Below are positions 8,356 through 16,054 of a DNA stretch of 40,908 nt, piece after piece (within the stretch, counting starts at the first letter, position 1; the number at the start of each line of letters is the position of its first letter). The stretch is taken from the IMG/VR virus record IMGVR_UViG_3300007520_000036; one strand, written 5' to 3'. The notes under the pieces are model-generated. The model was not told the DNA's origin. It did not search any database and saw only the letters and a program-made list of their open reading frames with translations. Origin of the DNA: a virus. Both the position numbers and the translations under genes were made by a program.

Positions 8356-8412
8356 TCATGAAAAGCAATGTTTTAATTAAAATAAATCATTTTAACCCTA
8401 AACCAAACCAAC

Positions 8413-8775
8413 ATGACCGAAAAGCAAGCAATGGAGGCGGTTATCCTGCCCGAATCAAACCATTACGAATCATGCCTAAACTTCGCGCTAAGCTACGTTA
8501 ATGTAGTGCGCGGCACGTTTACAAGCGAAGACCTCAAAGCGGCTTACACGGCGCGGCTACTCCCCGAACCGAGAGAGCCGCGAGTATGGGGCGCGGTAAT
8601 TAAAAGCCTGTATCGCTCAAAGCTTATCATTCCTATCGGATGGGCAACGTATCGCGGCAAGTTAGGACACAGCAGACCGTCGCGCATTTGGCGTGCCGCG
8701 ATAGTCCGCGAGGTGCTGCATGGCATCGTTGCGGGTTATAAACAGGAAGTAATGTTTGCAAAGTCAGTAAAATGA
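8413..8775 (+). CDS. Hypothetical protein (120 aa)
   Basis: ORF with leader TAAACCAAACCAAC-ATG. Confidence 0.55.
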   Translation: MTEKQAMEAVILPESNHYESCLNFALSYVNVVRGTFTSEDLKAAYTARLLPEPREPRVWGAVIKSLYRSKLIIPIGWATYRGKLGHSRPSRIWRAAIVREVLHGIVAGYKQEVMFAKSVK

Positions 8776-9851
8776 AAATAAGTAAAAATCATAACTTCCC
8801 TTACGAATGGACTTTAAAAGACGCGGTGTTTACAAAGGATAAAGGCAAAGTATTTAGTTGTTTTGCTTGCGGCGGTGGTTCAACGATGGGTTACAAGTTA
8901 GCCGGATTTGATGTATTGGGATGCAATGAAATTGACCCTAAAATGATTGAAGCATACAAAGCTAATCACAACCCAAAGTATGCCTATTTGGAGCCAATAC
9001 AAACCTTTAAGCTAAGAACTGACTTGCCTGATGAATTATACAACTTAGACATTTTGGATGGCTCACCGCCTTGCAGTAGTTTTTCAATGGCAGGCAACCG
9101 TGAAAAAGATTGGGGCAAAGAAAAGGTGTTCCGTGAAGGACAATCAGAACAGGTTTTAGACACTTTATTTTTTGACTTTATTGATTTAGCCAAAGAATTG
9201 CAGCCTAAGGTAGTGATTGCTGAAAATGTAAAGGGATTGCTTTTAGGAGATGCCAAAAGCTATGTGCGGGAAATATACAAGCAATTTGACCAAGCAGGTT
9301 ACTACTGCCAACATTGGCTTTTAGATGCTTCAAAAATGGGTGTTCCGCAGCGGCGGGAACGAGTGTTCTTTATTTGTTTACGTAAAGATTTGGCCGAACC
9401 GTTTTTATACCAACAGGATATGTTCACGGTGAATCCTTTGTTGGAGTTGTGGTTTGATGAATTAGAGATTCCTTTTGGGAAAATAATAGACGAACAAGAT
9501 AATTCCGAAACATTGAGCCCGTTAGATGCTGATTTATGGGATAAAAGAATATCAGGAGATATTGATTTATGCGACATCAGTTTGAGGGAAAGAAATATAT
9601 TGTCAAGATTTAACGCTAAATTTCTGTACAGGCATAAAGTTTCAAATACAATAACGGCAGGGGAGCAATGCGTTTTGTTTGACAAAAAAAGGAATAGAAA
9701 CAAGATTGAATTATTGAAAGCCGGCACTTATCCACAGGACTACAACTTTTTAAAATTAAAACCCGAATACTTAATTGGAATGAGCGTACCCCCTGTAATG
9801 ACCGCGCAAATCGCAAAGCAAGTTTATGAGCAATGGATGTCAAAAATTTAA
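8772..9851 (+). CDS. DNA (cytosine-5) methyltransferase
   Basis: FACGGGS (motif I), GSPPCSSFS (motif IV), IAENVKGLL (motif VI), QRRERVFFI (motif VIII), GMSVPPVM (motif X). Confidence 0.9.
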   Translation: MKISKNHNFPYEWTLKDAVFTKDKGKVFSCFACGGGSTMGYKLAGFDVLGCNEIDPKMIEAYKANHNPKYAYLEPIQTFKLRTDLPDELYNLDILDGSPPCSSFSMAGNREKDWGKEKVFREGQSEQVLDTLFFDFIDLAKELQPKVVIAENVKGLLLGDAKSYVREIYKQFDQAGYYCQHWLLDASKMGVPQRRERVFFICLRKDLAEPFLYQQDMFTVNPLLELWFDELEIPFGKIIDEQDNSETLSPLDADLWDKRISGDIDLCDISLRERNILSRFNAKFLYRHKVSNTITAGEQCVLFDKKRNRNKIELLKAGTYPQDYNFLKLKPEYLIGMSVPPVMTAQIAKQVYEQWMSKI

Positions 9852-9892
9852 CTTACTAAAATATTAATCCTTTCAAATCCAAACCAAACCAC

Positions 9893-9900
9893 TATCTTTG
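9893..9900 (+). promoter_or_regulatory. TATCTTTG -7 promoter motif upstream of the structured leader
   Basis: TAnnTTTG in the 207-bp intergenic region, directly after an AAACCAAACC leader-type motif. Confidence 0.4.
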
Positions 9901-9969
9901 AACTAGTCAACGCGTGGCGGCGTGACCATAAATAAACCTCATTATGTTCCTAAAAATCTATAATCCAAC

Positions 9970-10052
9970 CCCCAAAGGGGCGCAAGTAACCAAACGAATT
10001 GAGGCGTTTTGGTTGCGGTCTGCCAAGACCAGCGCACCTTTGGGGTTTTTTT
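9970..10052 (+). terminator. Three-way-junction RNA structure ending in a U-run (complex intrinsic terminator / attenuator)
   Basis: P1 pairs 9970-9983 with 10032-10045 (14 bp, one A.G mismatch). P2 pairs 9988-9996 with 10005-10014. P3 pairs 10017-10021 with 10026-10030. A T7 run follows at 10046-10052. The initiator ATG is at 10059. Confidence 0.6.
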
Positions 10053-10058
10053 ATTGAC

Positions 10059-10898
10059 ATGGGTAGACCAATTAAAAACACAGTAGAGTACTTTCCTCAC
10101 TACGCCTCAGGCAAAGGAATGTATTACGTCGAGTCACGGCACGGCAACGATGGCTATGCAGTATGGTGTAAGCTTCTAGAGGAACTAGCCAAAACTGAGT
10201 ACCACGTTCTGGACTTTAACGACGAAACGAACCTTATCTATTTAGCTACAAAATGTCGGGTGACCGAGGACCAGCTAATAGCCATTATCGGCGACATTTG
10301 TAGGGTCGATGGCTTTGACAAAATCCTATGGGAAAGCCGCTTTCTTTGGTCTGAAAAGTTCAGTGAAAGCGTGACAGATGCCTACAAGCGAAGGAGCAAT
10401 GTGATCGCAAATCGTGACTTTATAGTGAGTTTATGTATACATAAAAGCACGTGCAGCGGGATTAATGTATACATAAACCCCCAAAAAGACTACATTAATA
10501 CACAAACTAAAGTAGAGTATAGTAAAGTAAAGGAAAGTAGAGTAGACGAAACAAGTAAATTCACGCCAAAACCGACCCCGACAACATCGGCTCAAATCGA
10601 CTTGACCCTAACCGATTTCACCAAAAATCCCCAAGCGTATCGCGACGCTTACGAGGTGTGGCGTACGACTTGCAAAAGCGATAGGCTGTTTATCGATACC
10701 TACTGCCTCAAGCACAACGCGAAGCAGTCAGAAATCATTAGGCTAATCGATACCTTTCAGCACCACCTGATAACGACCGACAAAGCGCACGCAACGATAA
10801 GTTCTTACAAACGGCATTTTAGCGCGTACCTTGGCATAAAGGAAAAGACGAATGAAATAAACCACATCTTTCGGGCGAACATTGTTTCGGGGGAGTAA
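10059..10898 (+). CDS. DUF4373 (Lin1244/Lin1753-like) replication initiation protein
   Basis: MGRPIKNTVEYFPHYASGKGMYYVESRHGNDGYAVWCKLLEELAK matches the DUF4373 N-terminal domain. I chose the ATG at 10059, because the track's TTG start at 9999 lies inside the terminator structure. Confidence 0.7.
   Translation: MGRPIKNTVEYFPHYASGKGMYYVESRHGNDGYAVWCKLLEELAKTEYHVLDFNDETNLIYLATKCRVTEDQLIAIIGDICRVDGFDKILWESRFLWSEKFSESVTDAYKRRSNVIANRDFIVSLCIHKSTCSGINVYINPQKDYINTQTKVEYSKVKESRVDETSKFTPKPTPTTSAQIDLTLTDFTKNPQAYRDAYEVWRTTCKSDRLFIDTYCLKHNAKQSEIIRLIDTFQHHLITTDKAHATISSYKRHFSAYLGIKEKTNEINHIFRANIVSGE
10433..10477. repeat. Two copies of ATGTATACATAAA, each containing a perfect 10-bp palindrome (candidate iterons)
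   Basis: Copies at 10433..10445 and 10465..10477, with 32-bp spacing, inside the linker of the initiator gene. Confidence 0.8.
10509..10544. repeat. Two copies of AAAGTAGAGTA in a purine-skewed AT-rich tract
   Basis: Copies at 10509..10519 and 10534..10544. Surrounding sequence is ctaaagtagagtatagtaaagtaaaggaaagtagagtagacgaaacaagtaaa. Confidence 0.8.
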
Positions 10899-10924
10899 AC
10901 AAGAAAATAATTTACTAAAAACAT

Positions 10925-10938
10925 ATAACCAAACCAAA
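10925..10938 (+). repeat. ATAACCAAACCAAA leader repeat, left flank of the SNF2-MTase gene
   Basis: Identical 14-mer recurs at 13167..13180. It ends 1 nt before the ATG at 10940. Confidence 0.9.
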
Positions 10939-10939
10939 A

Positions 10940-13162
10940 ATGGAAAAACTCAATAAAATTCAAAATGAAAATGATAAATTAAATTATTTGCATTTTCTTG
11001 ATCAAAAGCAAAAAGTACATATTCAAAGTGGATTTGATATTAATTTGAATGATCTAAATGATATGATGTTTGACTTTCAGAAGTTTATTGTTCAGCGAGC
11101 ACTAAAAGCAGGTAAGTATGCGATTTTTGCGGATTGCGGATTAGGGAAAACTCTAATGCAATTAGAATGGGCAAAACAAGTCAACAAGCAAACTAATAAG
11201 CCAGTATTGATTTTGGCGCCTTTAGCAGTCGCAGGACAAACTGTAAAAGAAGGCGCAAAATTCCATATTGACATTTGTAGGTACGATGGCAGCAATGCAC
11301 CAATACAGGTCACCAACTATGAACAACTTGAAAATATTGATTGCAGTATTTTTTCTGGAATTGTATTGGATGAAAGCAGCATATTGAAAAACTTTGAAGG
11401 AGCAACCAAAAAACTTATATTGGATTTGTTTGCAAAGACACCGTACAAACTTGCTTGCACTGCCACACCATCACCAAACGACCCAATGGAATTAGGGAAC
11501 CACTCAGAATTTCTTGACGTAATGGGAAGGAATGAAATGTTAGCGATGTATTTTGTTCATGATGGAGGGGAAACCGCTAAATGGAGATTGAAAGGCCATG
11601 CATTAAAGCTGTTTTATCATTTCATTGGTAGTTGGTCTATAATGTTAAGTAAGCCTCAGGATATTGGATTTGAAATGGATGGGTATTATTTGCCTAAGTT
11701 AAATTTGATTGAAAAACAAATTACAACGCCAAAAAGAGATAATGGCAGCTTATTTAATGATGCTATTATATCAGCTACCAACTTCAACGCTGAATTGAGA
11801 TTGACAAAAAAGGAGCGGTTAGAAGAAGTTGTGAGAATTGTAAATAGCAGGCCGACCGAAAATTTTATAATTTGGATAAAACAAAACGAGGAAGGCGAAA
11901 TTCTTAAAAAATTATTGCCCGAATCAATAGAAGTAAAAGGAGCCGACTCAAACGAATGGAAAGAAAAACACCTGTTAGGATTTGGAGAAAACAAATTTAG
12001 AATTCTTATAAGCAAAACTAAAATAGCAAGCTTTGGAATGAATTATCAGAATTGCCGGAATCAAATATTTGCAAGTTTAGACTTTTCTTTTGAGGGGTTG
12101 TATCAGGCAATTAGAAGAAGTTACCGATTTGGGCAAAAAAACGAAGTAAACATTTATTTAATAACCACCGACACAATGGCCAATGTAAAACAATCAATAG
12201 ATACTAAACAAAAACAATTTGAAACTATGCAAAATGAAATGAGCGAAGCCGTAAATGCCAACCTAAGCGGGAAATTAATGACAAGCGCTGAATTTGACTT
12301 AACAGAAGAATCAAATGAATGGTACAAAATAAAAAGAGGGGATTGCGTTCAGCTTATTCCTGAGCTTGAAGATGAAAGTATAGGGTTAAGCGTTTTTAGC
12401 CCTCCATTTGCAGAACTATACACATACAGCAGTCACTTAGAGGACATGGGTAACTCAAAGGATTACAATGAGTTTTTGAAGCAGTTTAGTTTTCTAATCA
12501 AAGAACTATACCGCGTAATGATGCAAGGCAGAAACGTCGCGGTACATTGCATGGATCTACCTGTGCAAAAAGGAAAGCATGGGTTCATTGGATTAAGGGA
12601 TTTTAGCGGATTGCTTCTACGTGCTTTTGAGGATGCAGGGTTTGTTTATGCAAGCAGGGTTACAATATGGAAAGACCCTGTTGTTGAAATGCAAAGAACA
12701 AAGGCGCTTGGATTGCTGCATAAGCAAGTTAAAAAAGATAGCACCATGAGCCGCGTCGGTATTCCTGACTATGTAATGATTTTCAGAAAGGATGGAGAAA
12801 GAAGCAATCCTGTAACTAATACAGATTTACCAGTAAATTTATGGCAAAAATACGCTTCTCCTGTGTGGATGGATATAAATTACGGAAACACTTTGCAGGG
12901 ATTTAGAAATGGCAGAGAAGACAATGACGAAAAGCATATTTGTCCTTTGCAGTTAGATACTATCGAGCGTTTAATACATTTGTATAGCAACAAGGGGGAC
13001 ACGGTATTTACTCCGTTCATGGGTATTGGTAGCGAGGTGTATCAGGCTGTTAAAATGGGCAGGAAAGGAATTGGATTTGAATTGAAAGAAAGCTATTTTG
13101 ATTTGGCCAAGGCCAATATTAATGCGGCTGTTGGAGAAAAAGCGCAACAATCACTATTTTAG
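10940..13162 (+). CDS. SNF2-family ATPase fused to a beta-class N6/N4 DNA methyltransferase
   Basis: DCGLGKT (motif I), VLDESS (motif II), QAIRRSYRFGQ (motif VI). Then VFSPPFAELYTY (MTase motif IV) comes before FTPFMGIGSEVYQAVKMGRKGIGFELKESYF (motif I). Strongly AT-rich. Confidence 0.85.
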   Translation: MEKLNKIQNENDKLNYLHFLDQKQKVHIQSGFDINLNDLNDMMFDFQKFIVQRALKAGKYAIFADCGLGKTLMQLEWAKQVNKQTNKPVLILAPLAVAGQTVKEGAKFHIDICRYDGSNAPIQVTNYEQLENIDCSIFSGIVLDESSILKNFEGATKKLILDLFAKTPYKLACTATPSPNDPMELGNHSEFLDVMGRNEMLAMYFVHDGGETAKWRLKGHALKLFYHFIGSWSIMLSKPQDIGFEMDGYYLPKLNLIEKQITTPKRDNGSLFNDAIISATNFNAELRLTKKERLEEVVRIVNSRPTENFIIWIKQNEEGEILKKLLPESIEVKGADSNEWKEKHLLGFGENKFRILISKTKIASFGMNYQNCRNQIFASLDFSFEGLYQAIRRSYRFGQKNEVNIYLITTDTMANVKQSIDTKQKQFETMQNEMSEAVNANLSGKLMTSAEFDLTEESNEWYKIKRGDCVQLIPELEDESIGLSVFSPPFAELYTYSSHLEDMGNSKDYNEFLKQFSFLIKELYRVMMQGRNVAVHCMDLPVQKGKHGFIGLRDFSGLLLRAFEDAGFVYASRVTIWKDPVVEMQRTKALGLLHKQVKKDSTMSRVGIPDYVMIFRKDGERSNPVTNTDLPVNLWQKYASPVWMDINYGNTLQGFRNGREDNDEKHICPLQLDTIERLIHLYSNKGDTVFTPFMGIGSEVYQAVKMGRKGIGFELKESYFDLAKANINAAVGEKAQQSLF

Positions 13163-13166
13163 CACC

Positions 13167-13180
13167 ATAACCAAACCAAA
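13167..13180 (+). repeat. ATAACCAAACCAAA leader repeat, right flank of the SNF2-MTase gene
   Basis: Identical to 10925..10938. It is followed by CCAA and the DnaB ATG at 13185. Confidence 0.9.
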
Positions 13181-13184
13181 CCAA

Positions 13185-14582
13185 ATGGACACAACCGAAA
13201 TAACCGAAATTGAAAAAATCATATTAGGAGAAATAATCTTAGAGCCTAAATGTGCTGACATTGCAATGGATTGGATAGCCGATAAGCAGAACTTCTTTAC
13301 CGACCCCCACGTATCGGTGGCGTGGTGGGCTGTAACCGAGCTGAAGCGAGAAGATAGGCATATTGACATAGTCACGGTTAACGCTAAGTGCCGAACAAGC
13401 CCGAACGAAATCGGCGCGGCAATGGCGTTTCAGCTTGCCCAAATGACAAACCGCGTTGCGTCTTCTAAAAACATCAAAACACACTTGCTTTTACTTACCG
13501 ATAATTGGATAAGACGAACCGCGACCGAGGCAGCTGAATTGATGTTAGCAAGAACTCAGAGCGAAAAAAGCGACGTGTTCGAAGTAGTCGCTCAAATCGA
13601 GAGGTCAATACTTGAATTGAACCGCCAAATATTTCCCGTCGTTCAAAAGGAGATTGGAACGCTACTAAGCGACATTGTTCATAAGATTGTGACAAGTGCT
13701 GACACCGGCGTGACTTCGGGCTGCTCGTCGGGCTTTCGCGACTTCGACAACATTCACGGCGCGTTTATGCCCGGCACTTTGTCGATAGTGGCGGGTCGCC
13801 CCGCTATGGGAAAGACAAGCTTCGTAATGAACATAGCTCGAAACATATCGAAGCGCGGCGTACTTGTGTTAGTGTTTTCAATCGAAATGAGCGCCGAGGA
13901 ATTGGCGTGTAGGCTGCTTTCGATGGAAACGGAAATACCGAACAACTATATTTACCGAAATCCGGAACGCCTCGAACTTCACGAAAAGCAGCGCATCGGC
14001 TCAATGGCGGATGGGCTAAAGAAAGCAACGATTAAAATAATTGACGAAGGCAGGCAGACCATGTCGAGTATACGGAACACGGCGAAGCGGTACGCTCAGG
14101 ACGGCAAGATAGGCTGCATCATAATCGACTACCTGCAAATCATTACTCCAGACACGAAAGAACACCAACAAAACGATGTAAAGTTCTACGCCGATACGAC
14201 GCGCGACATCAAGATACTAGCCAAGGGTATTGGCGTGCCCGTGGTGCTACTTTCACAACTGAGTAGGGCAAATGAACACCTGAGTGATAAACGCCCAACC
14301 TTGAACACGCTACGCGGCTCAGGAGGAATAGAGGAAAACGCGGATAGCGTGACTTTTGTGTACCGCCCTAGTTATTACGAAGCCGATAAGCCAGCAGTAG
14401 AAGACTGCTTTGCAATCGTAGCTAAGAACCGTAACGGCGCGATTGGTGATGTACCGCTTCGCTTCATTCCTAAGTACACAAAGTTCACCGATGCCAATGC
14501 TTATGAAGATAATTTCAACCCGACAATTAACCCATCAATGTTATACAATGCACGCGAATCCACACACGACACGCCGTTCTGA
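13185..14582 (+). CDS. dnaB: DnaB-type replicative DNA helicase
   Basis: AGRPAMGKTSF (Walker A), CIIIDYLQII (Walker B), VVLLSQLSR, LRGSGGIEENAD. I chose the ATG at 13185 after the conserved leader, not the track start at 13098 inside the upstream gene. Confidence 0.9.
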   Translation: MDTTEITEIEKIILGEIILEPKCADIAMDWIADKQNFFTDPHVSVAWWAVTELKREDRHIDIVTVNAKCRTSPNEIGAAMAFQLAQMTNRVASSKNIKTHLLLLTDNWIRRTATEAAELMLARTQSEKSDVFEVVAQIERSILELNRQIFPVVQKEIGTLLSDIVHKIVTSADTGVTSGCSSGFRDFDNIHGAFMPGTLSIVAGRPAMGKTSFVMNIARNISKRGVLVLVFSIEMSAEELACRLLSMETEIPNNYIYRNPERLELHEKQRIGSMADGLKKATIKIIDEGRQTMSSIRNTAKRYAQDGKIGCIIIDYLQIITPDTKEHQQNDVKFYADTTRDIKILAKGIGVPVVLLSQLSRANEHLSDKRPTLNTLRGSGGIEENADSVTFVYRPSYYEADKPAVEDCFAIVAKNRNGAIGDVPLRFIPKYTKFTDANAYEDNFNPTINPSMLYNARESTHDTPF

Positions 14583-14751
14583 TAAGGTTGCGACGCTCGA
14601 AGACGCTTATCTGCTGCTTGCTTTGGCTAAATCGGACAAGGCAATACACGTCAAAGCGTTCAAATCGCACCGTGAAAGCGGCGAATTGCAGGCAGTGATG
14701 AAAGATTTATTGCAATGGATTGAGATTGAAAAGGCGGTTTGCATCGGTTAA
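14548..14751 (+). CDS. Possible small ORF (67 aa) overlapping the DnaB 3' end
   Basis: The most downstream ATG of track ORF 14443..14751 that still covers the 170-bp space after dnaB. Start is uncertain. Confidence 0.3.
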   Translation: MHANPHTTRRSDKVATLEDAYLLLALAKSDKAIHVKAFKSHRESGELQAVMKDLLQWIEIEKAVCIG

Positions 14752-14855
14752 ATACGGTTTAATCTAAAATAAGTAAAATAATTATAATATTTATATTGCG
14801 GTATTGGAATAATGTATTACCTTTATAGCAAGCAATAAAGCTAAACCAAAAAGCC

Positions 14856-15137
14856 ATGAAAACCCTAACCAAAAAATCAGCATTAGCAAAGCTTTCCAAA
14901 TTAACACGATCTAAATATTCAATAGCTTACAGATTTGTTATAGACGTAATTGAAGGCGCAAAGGAAATCCGCCCTGTATACACAAGCGGAAAAGGTAGGT
15001 TTTGCTCAAATCAAAACCACACGTTTGAAACTACTATCCTGCTTGACATAATGGGTATCGAATACTTGCTTACAAACGACTCGCCCAAAGGGGGGTTAAC
15101 AGGAAACTTAATTACAATAACAACTAAAATTAAATAA
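14856..15137 (+). CDS. Hypothetical protein (93 aa)
   Basis: ORF with leader CTAAACCAAAAAGCC-ATG. AT-rich. Confidence 0.55.
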   Translation: MKTLTKKSALAKLSKLTRSKYSIAYRFVIDVIEGAKEIRPVYTSGKGRFCSNQNHTFETTILLDIMGIEYLLTNDSPKGGLTGNLITITTKIK

Positions 15138-15138
15138 G

Positions 15139-15720
15139 ATGAAAACTTTACAAACTTTACTTAAAGAAGACAAGCAAATTAAAAATTTACAAATTCTACT
15201 CGACGAAGACCATGTAAACGCCTGTAAAGAAGCTATTACTTGGGTCAAAGAGATGACCATAGAGCAAGCAATGATTGACATTCATAGAGGCGATTGGTGT
15301 TTATACATAGCTATGCTATTAGAAGTTGATGAAAGAACATTAACCTTAGCGAAAGGAAAGTGTGCCGAAACAGTTATGCACCTAATGAGGGACCAAAGAA
15401 GTGTTGATGCAGTTAAGGCTTGCATTGATTACGGTAATGGGTTAATATCTAAAGCGGACTTACAAATAGTAGCTACCGCTGCTAATAAGGCTGCCAATGC
15501 TGCTGGTATTGCCGCCGAAGATGATATTGATGAGTCTGCTGCTTATGCCGCTGATGCCGCTTCTTATGCCGCTAATGTGTGGGGATATGCTTCTGATTGT
15601 GCTTCCGCATCTTCTTTTGCCGCTGATTCTGAATCAATAAACCAACAGCAAACAGCAGACATTTGTAAGGAGATATTAGGGCAACTGATAATTGATAAGG
15701 TGAACAGCTTGTATAAATAA
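15139..15720 (+). CDS. Hypothetical helical protein with an Ala-rich quasi-repeat C-terminal region
   Basis: ATAANKAANAAGIAAEDDIDESAAYAADAASYAANVWGYASDCASASSFAADSE. TTATGCCGCT occurs twice in the DNA. Confidence 0.55.
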   Translation: MKTLQTLLKEDKQIKNLQILLDEDHVNACKEAITWVKEMTIEQAMIDIHRGDWCLYIAMLLEVDERTLTLAKGKCAETVMHLMRDQRSVDAVKACIDYGNGLISKADLQIVATAANKAANAAGIAAEDDIDESAAYAADAASYAANVWGYASDCASASSFAADSESINQQQTADICKEILGQLIIDKVNSLYK

Positions 15721-15728
15721 GCAACCCC

Positions 15729-15875
15729 ATGAAACTACTCACAATAATCTTACTACTAGCAGGTCACGGCGCTATCTTCAACAGCGAAGACGGCGCGGCT
15801 CTACTCGCCACGCTTATCGTATTTTCGATCGGCTTAGGTATAATTCACGGCACTAAAACCAAACCGACACGATGA
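15729..15875 (+). CDS. Small membrane protein (48 aa), absent from the track
   Basis: My translation is MKLLTIILLLAGHGAIFNSEDGAALLATLIVFSIGLGIIHGTKTKPTR, with two hydrophobic segments. ATGA-coupled to the next ORF. Confidence 0.5.
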   Translation: MKLLTIILLLAGHGAIFNSEDGAALLATLIVFSIGLGIIHGTKTKPTR

Positions 15876-16042
15876 ACACCGAACCTTTATATCAGCACTG
15901 GGCAAAGCAGATCAAAAAAGCGATACTGCCCGACCATTCCGAAACCATACGGCCGATACGCTTCGACGCGGAACTTGCCGACAGGATTGTAAATGTCAAA
16001 ATCGAGCAGCGCATGAAGGAGTATTACGGTAAGAAAAACTAA
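15872..16042 (+). CDS. Small ORF (56 aa), absent from the track
   Basis: My translation is MNTEPLYQHWAKQIKKAILPDHSETIRPIRFDAELADRIVNVKIEQRMKEYYGKKN. Leader is TAAAACCAAACCGACACG-ATG. I prefer it to the antisense ORF 15887..16219. Confidence 0.5.
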   Translation: MNTEPLYQHWAKQIKKAILPDHSETIRPIRFDAELADRIVNVKIEQRMKEYYGKKN

Positions 16043-16054
16043 CCCACCCCAAAA

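Noticed and set aside
8358-8412. Short ORF starting at ATG 8358 (MKSNVLIKINHFNPKPNQ...) that overlaps the start of 8413..8775
   Set aside because: It reads through the conserved leader motif in another frame and overlaps the next gene, so it is probably not translated.
9728-9736. Perfect DnaA box TTATCCACA near the replication genes
   Set aside because: It is a single copy inside the C5-MTase coding region. One 9-mer match in about 82 kb of two-strand sequence is close to chance expectation, and I saw no cluster of boxes.
9999-10058. N-terminal extension of the DUF4373 gene from a TTG start (MRRFGCGLPRPAHLWGFFID)
   Set aside because: The extension lies entirely within the terminator/three-way-junction structure. 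The family-typical N-terminus MGRPIKNTVEYF begins at 10059.
14752-14855. AT-rich 104-bp intergenic region after dnaB as an origin or promoter (near-match TACCTTTA at 14818..14825; TAAAATAA occurs twice)
   Set aside because: There is only a near-match to the -7 motif and only weak short repeats. The repeat architecture inside the initiator gene (10433..10560) is a better ori candidate.
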